DNA of 27,094 nt from Coriobacteriales bacterium. GTDB lineage: Bacteria > Actinomycetota > Coriobacteriia > Coriobacteriales > CADBOM01. The stretch is taken from positions 1 to 27,094 of the forward strand of contig JAFWGD010000213.1 in NCBI GenBank assembly GCA_017515355.1. Direction: 5' to 3'. Below, piece after piece: positions 8,506 through 17,400 of this stretch; position 1 is the first letter of the stretch, and every line of letters begins with the position of its first letter. The translations under genes and the position numbers were made by a program. Under the pieces are notes generated by a model. It searched no databases. It saw nothing but the letters and a program-made list of their open reading frames with translations, and had not been told where the DNA came from.

Positions 8506-9276
8506 ATGAGGATCATAATCTCGCCTGCCAAGCAGATGCGCAGGCTAGACGAGGCGTTGCAATGGCAGGGTCTGCCCGCGCTCATCGACCGCGCCCAAGA
8601 GGTGCTCGACTGGCTGCGGCTCCTCTCTTACCCCGAGGCGAAGGCGCTTTGGGGTACCAACGACAAGCTCACCCTCCTAAACTTCGAGCTGCTCGGCGAG
8701 GTCGATCTGCGCGAGGGGCTCACCCCTGCCATCCTGGCCTATGACGGCATCGCGTACAAGTACATGGCGCCCTCGGTCTTCGAAACCGGCCAGTTCGATT
8801 ACGTCCAAGAGCATCTCCGAATCGTCTCGGGCTTCTATGGGATCCTGCGCCCGCTCGATGGCGTGGTGCCCTACAGGTTGGAGATGCAGGCGAAGGCTCA
8901 CGTCGGTGGCGCGCGCGACCTCTACGAGTACTGGGGCAGCGCGCTTTACGATGAGCTGCTGCGCGACGACGGCTCACGTACGGTTGTCAACCTTGCCTCG
9001 AAGGAGTACTCGAAGGCGATTGAAGCGCACCTGAAGCCCGATGACATGTTCCTCACATGCACGTTTGCCGAGGAACAAGGTGGCAAGCTGGTTCAAAAGG
9101 GCGTCTATTGCAAGATGGCGCGTGGAGAGATGGTACGATATATGGCGGAGCGCGGAATCGAGGAGCTCGAGGAGCTGAAGGGCTTCGATCGACTCGGCTA
9201 CGCGTTCGCGCCGGAGCTCTCGAGCGTAGACGAGTATGTCTTCCTGAGCGACCCGAAGCGCAAGCGGCTCCGCTGA
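8506..9276 (+). CDS. yaaA: Peroxide-stress protein YaaA (DUF328)
   Basis: MRIIISPAKQM, PAILAYDGIAY, LRIVSGFYGILRPLD.V.PYRLEM, VNLASKEY, KMARGEM. Real start is ATG 8506 after GAGGAGG; the upstream part of the 787-aa track ORF is a shadow of moeA. Confidence 0.93.
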   Translation: MRIIISPAKQMRRLDEALQWQGLPALIDRAQEVLDWLRLLSYPEAKALWGTNDKLTLLNFELLGEVDLREGLTPAILAYDGIAYKYMAPSVFETGQFDYVQEHLRIVSGFYGILRPLDGVVPYRLEMQAKAHVGGARDLYEYWGSALYDELLRDDGSRTVVNLASKEYSKAIEAHLKPDDMFLTCTFAEEQGGKLVQKGVYCKMARGEMVRYMAERGIEELEELKGFDRLGYAFAPELSSVDEYVFLSDPKRKRLR

Positions 9277-9306
9277 GGTGTTCGGCGGGCGTTCCCGCAC
9301 ATTGCA

Positions 9307-9358
9307 GTATTACGATTGCAGAATTCGTAATACCGAGATAGGCAAACAGCGTTATAAT
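9307..9358 (+). promoter_or_regulatory. Inverted repeat GTATTACGA-N9-TCGTAATAC and a TATAAT -10 box
   Basis: Perfect 9-bp inverted repeat at 9307-9315/9325-9333; TATAAT at 9353-9358; no consensus -35. Confidence 0.6.
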
Positions 9359-9392
9359 CGCAACGTCTTGAAAAGAAGAGAAGGAGATTGAA

Positions 9393-9812
9393 ATGGCATG
9401 TTTTCTCGTAAGTGGTGGTGAGGCAATCGTCGTGACCGCCGTTCGCGCTGCTGTCAAGAAGAGCGAGCAGAAGAAGGGCATCGTCGATGAGAAGGGCAAG
9501 CAGATCACCGACCCTGCAGAGCATGGCATCTGCTGGACCCGCAAGCTCGGATGGCTCATGAATATGCTCTGGGGCGGAGTTCTCCTCCTGGCAATCGAGC
9601 ACATCTGGCATGGGGAGGTGGTTCTCTGGCCACCCTTCCTGACCGCCGCGACCGTTCCCGGCGAGATGGCAACCGTCCTGCATGAGATGGCTACTGTTGG
9701 CGTGGCGATGGCCGTGCTTGTAACGGTAACCTGGCTGGTCGTAACGTTCGTGGCCGATGCGGTCGTCAAGCGCTCTGCTAAGACCGAGGCCGCCAAGGAG
9801 GCTGAGCTCTAA
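9393..9812 (+). CDS. Uncharacterised membrane protein (MACFLV.../EHIWHGE motifs)
   Basis: RBS AAGGAG, three hydrophobic segments, TAATG coupling to the next ORF. Confidence 0.8.
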   Translation: MACFLVSGGEAIVVTAVRAAVKKSEQKKGIVDEKGKQITDPAEHGICWTRKLGWLMNMLWGGVLLLAIEHIWHGEVVLWPPFLTAATVPGEMATVLHEMATVGVAMAVLVTVTWLVVTFVADAVVKRSAKTEAAKEAEL

Positions 9813-10120
9813 TGACTTTGATGATCACGCTGCTCGCAGCTGTTGTCGCCTCGATAGTCTGGTATTCCAAGGCTCCCAACAGCACGTTCAGCATCGGTTC
9901 GCTCGCCCTCATGTACTGGGCTGCGACGCTGATGTGGTGCGTCGATGGCATCGCGTGCCTGATCGAGGGAGAGGCCTTCATCGAGATCGCCGATACCGCG
10001 GCAATGCTCGATGATGCGATTCTCGGAATCGTCGTCGTAATCGTCGGTCTGGCAGTCTGGGCCGTCATCAACATCGCGCGCGACCCCAAGAGGATCTTCT
10101 CCAAGGCGCTCACCAAGTAG
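9812..10120 (+). CDS. Uncharacterised small membrane protein (about 3 TM)
   Basis: TAATG overlap with the upstream gene; hydrophobic helices; LMYWAATLMWCVDG; terminator follows. Confidence 0.78.
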   Translation: MTLMITLLAAVVASIVWYSKAPNSTFSIGSLALMYWAATLMWCVDGIACLIEGEAFIEIADTAAMLDDAILGIVVVIVGLAVWAVINIARDPKRIFSKALTK

Positions 10121-10147
10121 CGAGACGGCTGCATAAACCTGAAGTCT

Positions 10148-10186
10148 TCCGGTGCTGGCCAAGCGGTCAGCACCGGATTTCTTTTT
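10148..10186 (+). terminator. Intrinsic terminator
   Basis: TCCGGTGCTGGCC pairs with GGTCAGCACCGGA (one G-U), followed by TTTCTTTTT. Confidence 0.85.
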
Positions 10187-10279
10187 GCGATGATGCGGAT
10201 TCAGCGCCCCAACTTCCAGCTTTCAGCATATTCCCGTGCGTTTATGCAACAGCTGCTGCCCGTCCGTCCACGCAATCCC

Positions 10280-10308
10280 TTTAACGCGGGTGCCATGTGC
10301 GTTATCAT
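10280..10308 (+). promoter_or_regulatory. Candidate housekeeping-sigma promoter for yebC
   Basis: TTTAAC-N17-TATCAT upstream of RBS AGGAGG. Confidence 0.4.
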
Positions 10309-10342
10309 TCATGTATTCGAACCGATAACTAGGAGGGCCAAG

Positions 10343-11101
10343 ATGTCCGGACATTCGAAATGGGCGACCACAAAGCATCGCAAGGCAGCGCAGGACTCCA
10401 AGAGATCCGCTCTGTTCTCTAAGCTTTCCCGCAACATCACCGTTGCTGCCAAGGAAGGCGGCGACCCCAATCCCGATAACAACGCAGCGCTTGCAGCCGC
10501 AATCACCAAGGCGAAGGGCTATTCGCTTCCCAAGGACAAGATCGAGTCCGCGATCAAGAAGGCCTTCGGCTCCGGCTCCGACGGCGCCAACTACGAGACC
10601 GTGGTCTACGAGGGCTACGGCCCAGCCGGCGTCGCTTTCTACTGCGAGGCCCTCACCGACAACCGCAACCGCACCGCTGCGGACGTCCGCTCCGCATTCA
10701 CGCACTCTGGCGGCAACCTCGGCACGAGCGGCTCGGTTGCATTCCAGTTCGAGCGCAAGGGCCAGATCATCATCGACAAGGCCCAGTGCGAGGATGAGGA
10801 CGAGCTGATGATGGCCGTTGCCGAGGCAGGCGGAGACGATTACGAGGACGCCGAGGACGAGTGGATCATCTACACCGAGTTCACCGCCCTCAACGACGTG
10901 CGCATCGCACTCGGCGAGCAGGGCATCGAGATCAAGGGCGCCGAGCCGATCATGCAGCCCACCAATCCCACCCAGGTAAGCGTCGCCGATGCGCGCAAGG
11001 TCATGAGGCTCGTCGACAGGCTCGAGGACCTCGAGGATATCCAGAACGTCTACAACACCATGGACATCACCGACGAGATCGCCGCGGCGCTCGAGGAGTA
11101 G
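10343..11101 (+). CDS. yebC: YebC/PmpR-family protein
   Basis: MSGHSKWATTKHRK, YEGYGPAGVA, LTDNRNRT, LEDLEDIQNVY; start corrected to ATG 10343. Confidence 0.96.
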   Translation: MSGHSKWATTKHRKAAQDSKRSALFSKLSRNITVAAKEGGDPNPDNNAALAAAITKAKGYSLPKDKIESAIKKAFGSGSDGANYETVVYEGYGPAGVAFYCEALTDNRNRTAADVRSAFTHSGGNLGTSGSVAFQFERKGQIIIDKAQCEDEDELMMAVAEAGGDDYEDAEDEWIIYTEFTALNDVRIALGEQGIEIKGAEPIMQPTNPTQVSVADARKVMRLVDRLEDLEDIQNVYNTMDITDEIAAALEE

Positions 11102-11121
11102 CCGCAGTTCCCATAGCATGC

Positions 11122-11158
11122 AAGGGCCGCATCCGAATCGCTCGGGTGCGGCCCTTTT
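11122..11158. terminator. Probably bidirectional intrinsic terminator
   Basis: AAGGGCCGCATCCGA pairs with TCGGGTGCGGCCCTT, then TT; lies between convergent yebC and kinase genes. Confidence 0.8.
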
Positions 11159-11185
11159 GCTGTTGCTGCTATGTTGCAACTTCTG

Positions 11186-13252
11186 CTAGATGCAAGTGGG
11201 GAAGGAGAGGATCGCCTTGAAGAGGTCGCCGTCGATCTGCAGGTCGAACGAGCCTCCCTGCAGTTCGGTGAGGCTGCGGGCGATTGCCAGGCCAAGGCCA
11301 CTGCCCTCGGTGCTCCTCGACTGGTCGCCGCGCACGAAGCGTTCCATCAGCTCGTCGGCCGTGATGTTCAACGCGTCGCGTGAGGTGTTGCGGAACGTGA
11401 TGACCGCCTTTTCGCCGGCCCTCTCGAGCGTCACGTAGACGCGCGTGCCAGGTGTGGAGTATTTGCAGATATTGCCCATCAGGTTGTTGAAGATTCTCCA
11501 GAGGTGCCTGTGGTCTGCCATGATCGCGACGTTGTCCGTGCGCGTGTCGATCACCAGCTGCAGCCCCTGCTCGTCTAGCTTGTGCTCGAACTCTCCGGTT
11601 ACCTGCTCCAGGATGATTCCCAGGTCGCAGCGTTCGAGGTTGATCTCGACCGTTCCGCTCGAGGCCTTCGAGGCGTCTACGAGGTCGCTGACGAGATGCT
11701 TGAGCCTGTTGGCCTGGCGCCCGATGACCTCGGTGTACTCGCGGATCTTCTCATTGTCGGTCTCCTCCTTCGAGAGGAGATCTGCGTAGTTGACGATCGA
11801 TGTGACCGGGGTCTTGATGTCATGCGAGACGTTGGTGATCAGCTCGGTGCGCATGCGCTCGCTGCGAACGCCCTCCTCGACCGCCGCGGCGAGGCCTTCG
11901 GCGATTGCGTTGAGCTCCTCCCCATGGGCCTTGAGGGAGCCGCGCATCTTGGAGGTGTCGACGCGATAGTCGTAGTTTCCCGCGGCGAGCTGCCTGCGTG
12001 CCTCCTCGAGTCCGCGCAGCGACCAAGCCTCTCCGATGGCGACGAGTATGAAGATCACGTTGAGGATGACGAAGAAGATCACGAGCCCTTCCATGTCGTA
12101 CTCGTTGATGAAGATCGCAACTGCGATGAACTCGATGACGACAACCGCTGCGATGCTGATCACGGTGCGTTTGATCAGGCTGAATCGCCTGAGCCAGCGG
12201 CCAATCCAACGGGCGAATCGCGTGATGACGAGGCCGCTCCAAAGCGTGTGGAGCTTGATCCTGCTGGCAAGCGCCATCGCCCAGAAGATGATGATCGCGC
12301 CAACGACAGCGCCGAACATCAGCAGGAAGATCATCGTCGTGACGAACTCGGAGGTCACGAGGCCGTAGGATCCCAGATTGCCGAACAGCAGAGCCAGCAG
12401 GCCCACGATTGCGACGGCTCCGATCGTGATCGCGTCGAAGGGCACGCGAGCAAAGCGCCCGGGAACCAACTCGTCGGTTCCCGGGGTGTGGGCGACGCTT
12501 CTGAGAAGCAGGATGAATGTCACGAGCGCTACGGCGAAGAATGCGACCATCAGGGCGAGCAGGATGAATCGGATTCCGAATAGGCACGTGCATTCGTTAT
12601 AGGCGGTGAGGATGCTGCCGTCCATGGTGGGCTCGGCGGCAACGGTGCACTGCACTGTGTAGTGCACCGTCTTGTAGTACGCCGTCTGGGATTCGTCGAC
12701 GTTCTCCTCTATGATCTCATTGCCGTCCACGTCGTAATAGATGCCATCGTACGGCTCGCCCTGCTCGACTTCCTCGTTGGTTTCCACTTCGAGCCAGGCA
12801 TCGAAGTCGAGCCACACGTCGTCCTCTGTGAAGCCCTTGCCCTCGTACACGTACAGCGCGTCGGGATTTCCTGCGGAGTAGATCGCGATGGAGGTCAGGT
12901 TCGTGCCGTCGACCATCTTCGCGAGCGCTGCCTTGCCGTTGGCGTCGACGCGATCGGGCACGTTCTGGTCGATTGCCGAGGAGGCCTCTGCGAGGATCAT
13001 CCCTCCGGCAACGTTCTTGTAGGCGCTGCTGAGCGCCTCTTGCTCCGTGTGCGAGTTGTATAGGTCGTACTTGACGGCTCCGTAGAGGATGGTGCCCAGG
13101 CAGACGAAGAACGCGAGCGCGCATATCAGCGCGATGGCGAACATGCTGCCCTTGTAGCCGTTCGAGCAGCGGCGGCTCTTGGGCATCTTCAGCTCGGTGG
13201 TCTCCGCGGCCAGCTCGATGGCCTCGGTTTGGCTCTCAAAGGATCGACTCAT
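11186..13252 (-). CDS. Multi-TM sensor histidine kinase
   Basis: H-box ITNVSHDIKTP, NNLMGNICKYS, FVRGDQSRSTEGSGLGLAIA; several TM helices; ATGA overlap with the regulator. Confidence 0.92.
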   Translation of the reverse strand: MSRSFESQTEAIELAAETTELKMPKSRRCSNGYKGSMFAIALICALAFFVCLGTILYGAVKYDLYNSHTEQEALSSAYKNVAGGMILAEASSAIDQNVPDRVDANGKAALAKMVDGTNLTSIAIYSAGNPDALYVYEGKGFTEDDVWLDFDAWLEVETNEEVEQGEPYDGIYYDVDGNEIIEENVDESQTAYYKTVHYTVQCTVAAEPTMDGSILTAYNECTCLFGIRFILLALMVAFFAVALVTFILLLRSVAHTPGTDELVPGRFARVPFDAITIGAVAIVGLLALLFGNLGSYGLVTSEFVTTMIFLLMFGAVVGAIIIFWAMALASRIKLHTLWSGLVITRFARWIGRWLRRFSLIKRTVISIAAVVVIEFIAVAIFINEYDMEGLVIFFVILNVIFILVAIGEAWSLRGLEEARRQLAAGNYDYRVDTSKMRGSLKAHGEELNAIAEGLAAAVEEGVRSERMRTELITNVSHDIKTPVTSIVNYADLLSKEETDNEKIREYTEVIGRQANRLKHLVSDLVDASKASSGTVEINLERCDLGIILEQVTGEFEHKLDEQGLQLVIDTRTDNVAIMADHRHLWRIFNNLMGNICKYSTPGTRVYVTLERAGEKAVITFRNTSRDALNITADELMERFVRGDQSRSTEGSGLGLAIARSLTELQGGSFDLQIDGDLFKAILSFPTCI

Positions 13253-13947
13253 CGATTCCCTCTCCCTTCGATCTTGTAGCCCTGCCCGAAGACCATCTTG
13301 ATGTACCTGGGCTCGGCAGGCTCTATCTCCAGCTTCTCGCGCAGATGTCGGATGTGAACCGCCACGGTCTTGTCGGTACCGAACGGCTCCTCCTTCCAGA
13401 TCTCGCGATATATGTCCTTGGGAGAGAAGACCTGCCCCGGGTTGGACATGAGCAGCTTGAGGATGTCGAACTCCTTCGGCGTCAGCGAGACAGGCTCGCC
13501 ATCGAGGCGGACCTCCTTCGCCTTGTCGTCGAGTTCGATGCCGCCTATGACCAGTTGATCGGGTTGCACAACAGCAGATCCGAGATGGATGTAGCGCCTG
13601 AGCTGCGAATGGACCCTAGCTGCGACCTCGACCGGGTTGAAGGGCTTGGTGATGTAATCGTCGGCGCCGACGTTGAGCCCCAGGATCTTGTCGCTGTCCT
13701 CGGATTTCGCAGTCAGGAGGATGATCGGGACATTGCTGCTCTCGCGGATCTTCGCCATCGCGGAGATGCCATCGAGCTGCGGCATCATGATGTCCATGAT
13801 CACCAGGTGGACCTCCTCATCTTCGACGATCCTCAGTGCATCGATGCCGTTGAACGCCTCGAAGAAGCGGTACTCTGGGTTTGCGAGGTAGATTTTCAGG
13901 GCGTTCACGATGTCTTTTTCGTCGTCGCAGATCAAGATGTTGTACAT
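13249..13947 (-). CDS. OmpR-family response regulator
   Basis: MYNILICDDE, MDIMMP, ADDYITKPFNP, LTPKEFDIL, KTVAVHIRHLREKLE; ATG 13947 after GGGAGGG. Confidence 0.94.
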   Translation of the reverse strand: MYNILICDDEKDIVNALKIYLANPEYRFFEAFNGIDALRIVEDEEVHLVIMDIMMPQLDGISAMAKIRESSNVPIILLTAKSEDSDKILGLNVGADDYITKPFNPVEVAARVHSQLRRYIHLGSAVVQPDQLVIGGIELDDKAKEVRLDGEPVSLTPKEFDILKLLMSNPGQVFSPKDIYREIWKEEPFGTDKTVAVHIRHLREKLEIEPAEPRYIKMVFGQGYKIEGRGNR

Positions 13948-13985
13948 GGCTTCCCTCCCGTGGAGCATTATGCGCTCGGTGCCGA

Positions 13986-14045
13986 TTAAGGTTAAAGGTG
14001 CCGCGAGTTTAAGAATTCCTTAAGAGCCTTAAGAACCTATTAAGA
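13986..14045. repeat. Tandem TTAAGA direct repeats, probable response-regulator binding array
   Basis: TTAAGA starts at 14009, 14020, 14029 and 14040, with TTAAGG at 13986. Located upstream of minus-strand TTAACC-N17-CATAAT (13995-13967). Confidence 0.6.
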
Positions 14046-14152
14046 ACCCTGTGGATTGCGGCGTTTGGACGGGCCAACCAGCCGCAAACCCTAGGATAGC
14101 AGTGTCAGAGCGCGCCCTCGGTGCCACCGGTCCTTTTGCGCAGCAATTCCAC

Positions 14153-14181
14153 TTGCACACGAACAAATGTTCGTATAGAAT
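14153..14181 (+). promoter_or_regulatory. ruvCAB promoter containing a Gram-positive-type LexA (SOS) box
   Basis: TTGCAC-N17-TAGAAT with CGAAC-AAAT-GTTCG (14160-14173) in the spacer. Confidence 0.85.
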
Positions 14182-14211
14182 CATTGCGACGGCATATCGA
14201 AGGCGAGGAAG

Positions 14212-14733
14212 ATGTCGCAGCCAACGTTCATCTTGGGTATCGATCCAGGCCTGGCAAACACGGGCTGGGGAATCATCGAGGTTGCCGGCAGCAAGAAGAG
14301 CTGCCTGGCCTATGGGTGCATCTCCACCGCGGCAGGCGATCCCATCGACGTGCGCCTCAAGCAGATCTACGATGGCATCTCCGCCGTCATCGAGCGCTAC
14401 CATCCCTCAGAGCTCGGCATCGAGTCGATCTTCTTCAGCGCCAACGCCAAGAGCGCAATCGCCACCGGCCAAGCCAGGGGAGCCGCGCTCGTCGCAGTTG
14501 CCGGGGCAGGCCTCGAGGTTGGCGAATACACTCCGCTGCAGATCAAGCAGACCATCGTCGGCAACGGAGTGGCCACCAAAGAGCAAATCCAATATATGGT
14601 GCGCGCGATCCTCAAGCTCGACCACGTTCCCAAGCCCGACCACGCCGCAGACGCGCTGGGCGCTGCGATCTGCCACGCCAATTTCCGCAACGATGCGCTG
14701 CGGAGGTCCTTGAAGAAGGAGGCTGCCCAATGA
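14212..14733 (+). CDS. ruvC: Crossover junction endodeoxyribonuclease RuvC
   Basis: ILGIDPGLANTGWG, IESIFF, QARG, EYTPLQIK, PDHAADALGAAICH. Confidence 0.97.
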   Translation: MSQPTFILGIDPGLANTGWGIIEVAGSKKSCLAYGCISTAAGDPIDVRLKQIYDGISAVIERYHPSELGIESIFFSANAKSAIATGQARGAALVAVAGAGLEVGEYTPLQIKQTIVGNGVATKEQIQYMVRAILKLDHVPKPDHAADALGAAICHANFRNDALRRSLKKEAAQ

Positions 14734-15323
14734 TCTCTTACCTGCGCGGATTCCTGGTCGCCAGAAATGCGCAATTCGTAGTCATCGATGTTGGCGGAGT
14801 GGGTTACCAGGTCTTCATGCCCTCCGTCGCCGCCGAGGCGCTCGGCACCATCGGCGAGGAGGTAACCGCATACACGTACATGCAGGTCTCCGAGGCGGGC
14901 GTGGCCCTCTACGGCTTCGCCAACGAGCAGGAGAAGGCCGTCTTCGAAAAGCTCATCAGCGTTTCAGGCGTAGGCCCCAAGGTCGCCATCAGCGCCCTTT
15001 CCGCCTACAGCTCCAACGACCTCATGGGCATCATCGCAACGCAGGATGCCGCGCGTCTCGCCAAGATCCCCGGCATCGGCAAAAAGACTGCGCAGCGCAT
15101 TCTGGTCGATCTCAAGGATTCGTTCGAGTCGTTTGCCGCTATGTCGATCGGAGATACGGGCGCCGATGCGCAGCCTGCAATCCAGGGTTCCGAGGCTGTC
15201 GAGGCGCTGCTGTCGATGGGCTTCACCATGGAAGAGGCCAACCTGGCCATCAAGAGCTATACTGGACCAGACGATACCCAGGAGATCGTGCGGTTCGCGC
15301 TCAAGAGGCTCGGAGGATTTTAG
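14730..15323 (+). CDS. ruvA: Holliday junction branch migration protein RuvA
   Basis: MISYLRG, IDVGGVGY, LYGF, LISVSGVGPKVA, IPGIGKKTAQRI, ALLSMGF; ATGA overlap with ruvC. Confidence 0.96.
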   Translation: MISYLRGFLVARNAQFVVIDVGGVGYQVFMPSVAAEALGTIGEEVTAYTYMQVSEAGVALYGFANEQEKAVFEKLISVSGVGPKVAISALSAYSSNDLMGIIATQDAARLAKIPGIGKKTAQRILVDLKDSFESFAAMSIGDTGADAQPAIQGSEAVEALLSMGFTMEEANLAIKSYTGPDDTQEIVRFALKRLGGF

Positions 15324-15333
15324 GAGCGTATAG

Positions 15334-16404
15334 TTGGTTGCCAATGGGAAAGATGTAGTCTGGGAGGCTGGGGACGCCAACGAGCGCCTCGCAGCCTACG
15401 ATGACGCAGCATCGCGCACTATGGATCCCGAGCTCAGCGTCGAGGATCTCGGAATCGATCGCTCGCTTCGCCCCAAGAGGCTCGAGGAGTACATCGGCCA
15501 GGAGCGGGTGAAGGAGAATCTGCGCGTGCTGATCGAGGCTTCGCTCAAGCGCGGTGGAACGCTCGACCACATCCTCTTCTCCGGCCCTCCGGGGCTCGGC
15601 AAGACCACGCTGGCCTCCGTCGTCGCCAACGAGCTCGACGTCTCTCTGCGCGCCACCAGCGGTCCGGCTATCGAGCGTGCGGGCGACCTCGCGGCGCTGC
15701 TCACCAACCTGGAGCCTGGCGACATCCTCTTCATCGACGAGATCCATCGCCTTAACCGCGCTGTGGAGGAGGTCCTCTATCCGGCAATGGAGGATTGCTT
15801 CCTCGACATCGTCATCGGCAAGGGCCCGGCGGCGCGTTCGCTGCGCCTCGACCTCGCTCCCTTCACGCTCATTGGCGCAACCACGCGCACTGGCCTGCTC
15901 ACAGGCCCTCTGCGCGACAGGTTCGGCATGGCGTTTCGCCTCGACTATTAGAGCACCGAGGAGCTTGCGCAGATCGTGGTGCGCTCTGCACAGAAGCTCG
16001 ACGTCAGCATCGATTCCGACGGCGCGCTCGAGATCGCAAGCCGCAGCCGCGGAACCCCGCGCCTGGCAAACAGGCTGCTCAAGCGCGTGCGCGACTTCGC
16101 GGAGGTGCGTGCCCAGGGCTACATCGACGCGCAGGTCGCTTCGGAGGCGCTCTCGTTCTTCGAGGTCGACGAGATCGGCCTCGACGTGATGGACGTCAAG
16201 ATCCTCACGCTGCTGGCAGATACCTTCGCCGGCAAGCCCGTTGGCCTCAGCACGCTCGCTTCTGCGCTCGGAGAGGACCCTGGCACCCTCGAGGATGTCT
16301 ACGAGCCTTTCCTGCTCCAGCGCGGCCTCATCTCCCGCACTGCAAAGGGTCGCGTGGCCACCAAGAGGGCATTCGATCACCTCGGCATACCATATCCGCT
16401 CTAG
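15334..16404 (+). pseudogene. ruvB: RuvB helicase interrupted by an in-frame TAG at 15949-15951 (nonsense change, sequencing error or readthrough)
   Basis: [24 protein letters not shown], then RLDY*STEELAQIV continuing in the same frame to RGTPRLANRLLKRVRDF and the C-terminal wHTH (EDVYEPFLLQ.G..RT.KGR). Confidence 0.9.
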
Positions 16405-16432
16405 GCCATAGGCGCCCGGCAGGAGGAGATCG

Positions 16433-16858
16433 ATGGCTATTCGGCAAGACTATCTCATGCGCATGATCCTCGACTTGGCAACCGCCATCGCCAAGGCTCT
16501 GCGCGGCCAAGGTGACGGCAATCCCGATATTGACGACCTCGAGTTTGCCATCGGGGATGCGGTCAACATGGATCCGGAGCTCTTCTTCTCGCTCGATCCC
16601 GATTCTATGGTGCTGATGTTGCAGATCGGCGATCTGGGCGACGAGGCCGCCTCCTTCGTGGTGCGCTCGATGCTCCTCGACGCGATGTTCCTGCAGGCTG
16701 AAGGCAAGATCGGCCTTGGGGAGCTGCGCAGGCGCCAGGCAGAGGCCATCGCGTCGGCGTTCGGGTGCGACGTCAAGATGACCACGATGACGGTCGAAGA
16801 GCTTGCGGAGCCCTTCCTCATCACGCTCTCCGAAAGCGATCGCTGGTCTGAAGAATAG
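16433..16858 (+). CDS. Hypothetical acidic protein (N-terminal QDYLMRMI)
   Basis: Strong RBS AGGAGGAG, typical codon usage, 28 bp after ruvB. Confidence 0.72.
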   Translation: MAIRQDYLMRMILDLATAIAKALRGQGDGNPDIDDLEFAIGDAVNMDPELFFSLDPDSMVLMLQIGDLGDEAASFVVRSMLLDAMFLQAEGKIGLGELRRRQAEAIASAFGCDVKMTTMTVEELAEPFLITLSESDRWSEE

Positions 16859-17094
16859 CCTTGCACCCATATTTGGCCTCTAGCGCGCAGTAACCACGCA
16901 GATTCCGCCATAGTGTTGGCTAAAGCGCCAATTTCTACCCCATAAACTCCCGCTTCGGTCATAAAAAATCAATACGAATTTAAAATTTGTTGAAAAGCCG
17001 CTGCCCGTGCCTTTTTGCTGTGATAAACTGGAAAAGCCCGAAAAGGGCGTTTTAGCAGCGAATATGACTGCGAAAGAAGGAAGAAAGGCTCGAA

Positions 17095-17298
17095 ATGGCA
17101 AGAGGAAAAGTTAAGTGGTTCAACGCTGAGAAGGGATATGGATTCATCTCCAGGGAAGATGGGGATGACCTCTTCGTCCACTATTCCGAGATTCAGTGCG
17201 AAGGCTATAAGACCTTGGACGAGGGCGCTGAAGTCGAGTTCGACATCACCACTGGTCAGAACGGCAAGCTTCAGGCGAGCAACGTCGTCAAGCTTTAA
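17095..17298 (+). CDS. Cold-shock protein (CspA family)
   Basis: [15 protein letters not shown] (RNP1), DLFVHYSEI (RNP2); AT-rich upstream with TG-A-TAAACT extended -10 at 17021-17029. Confidence 0.96.
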   Translation: MARGKVKWFNAEKGYGFISREDGDDLFVHYSEIQCEGYKTLDEGAEVEFDITTGQNGKLQASNVVKL

Positions 17299-17322
17299 TT
17301 GCAAGGTTTGAAATCCTACGGG

Positions 17323-17350
17323 GAGGCGATTGGCAACGATCGCCTCTTTT
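17323..17350 (+). terminator. Intrinsic terminator after the csp gene
   Basis: GAGGCGAT pairs with ATCGCCTC, followed by TTTT. Confidence 0.7.
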
Positions 17351-17400
17351 GGTCTGCAAAAGCAGGCTTTCAAGGGATTTGCAGGTTCCAAGAGGTTTGA

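Noticed and set aside
13986-14045. CRISPR or iteron interpretation of the short repeats
   Set aside because: Repeats are 6 bp with 3-5 bp spacers, and no cas or rep genes are present.
17299-17400. preQ1 riboswitch upstream of queH (AGGTTCCAAG resembles the class I loop)
   Set aside because: No complementary P1 3' strand or A-rich tail follows, and the motif abuts the start codon.
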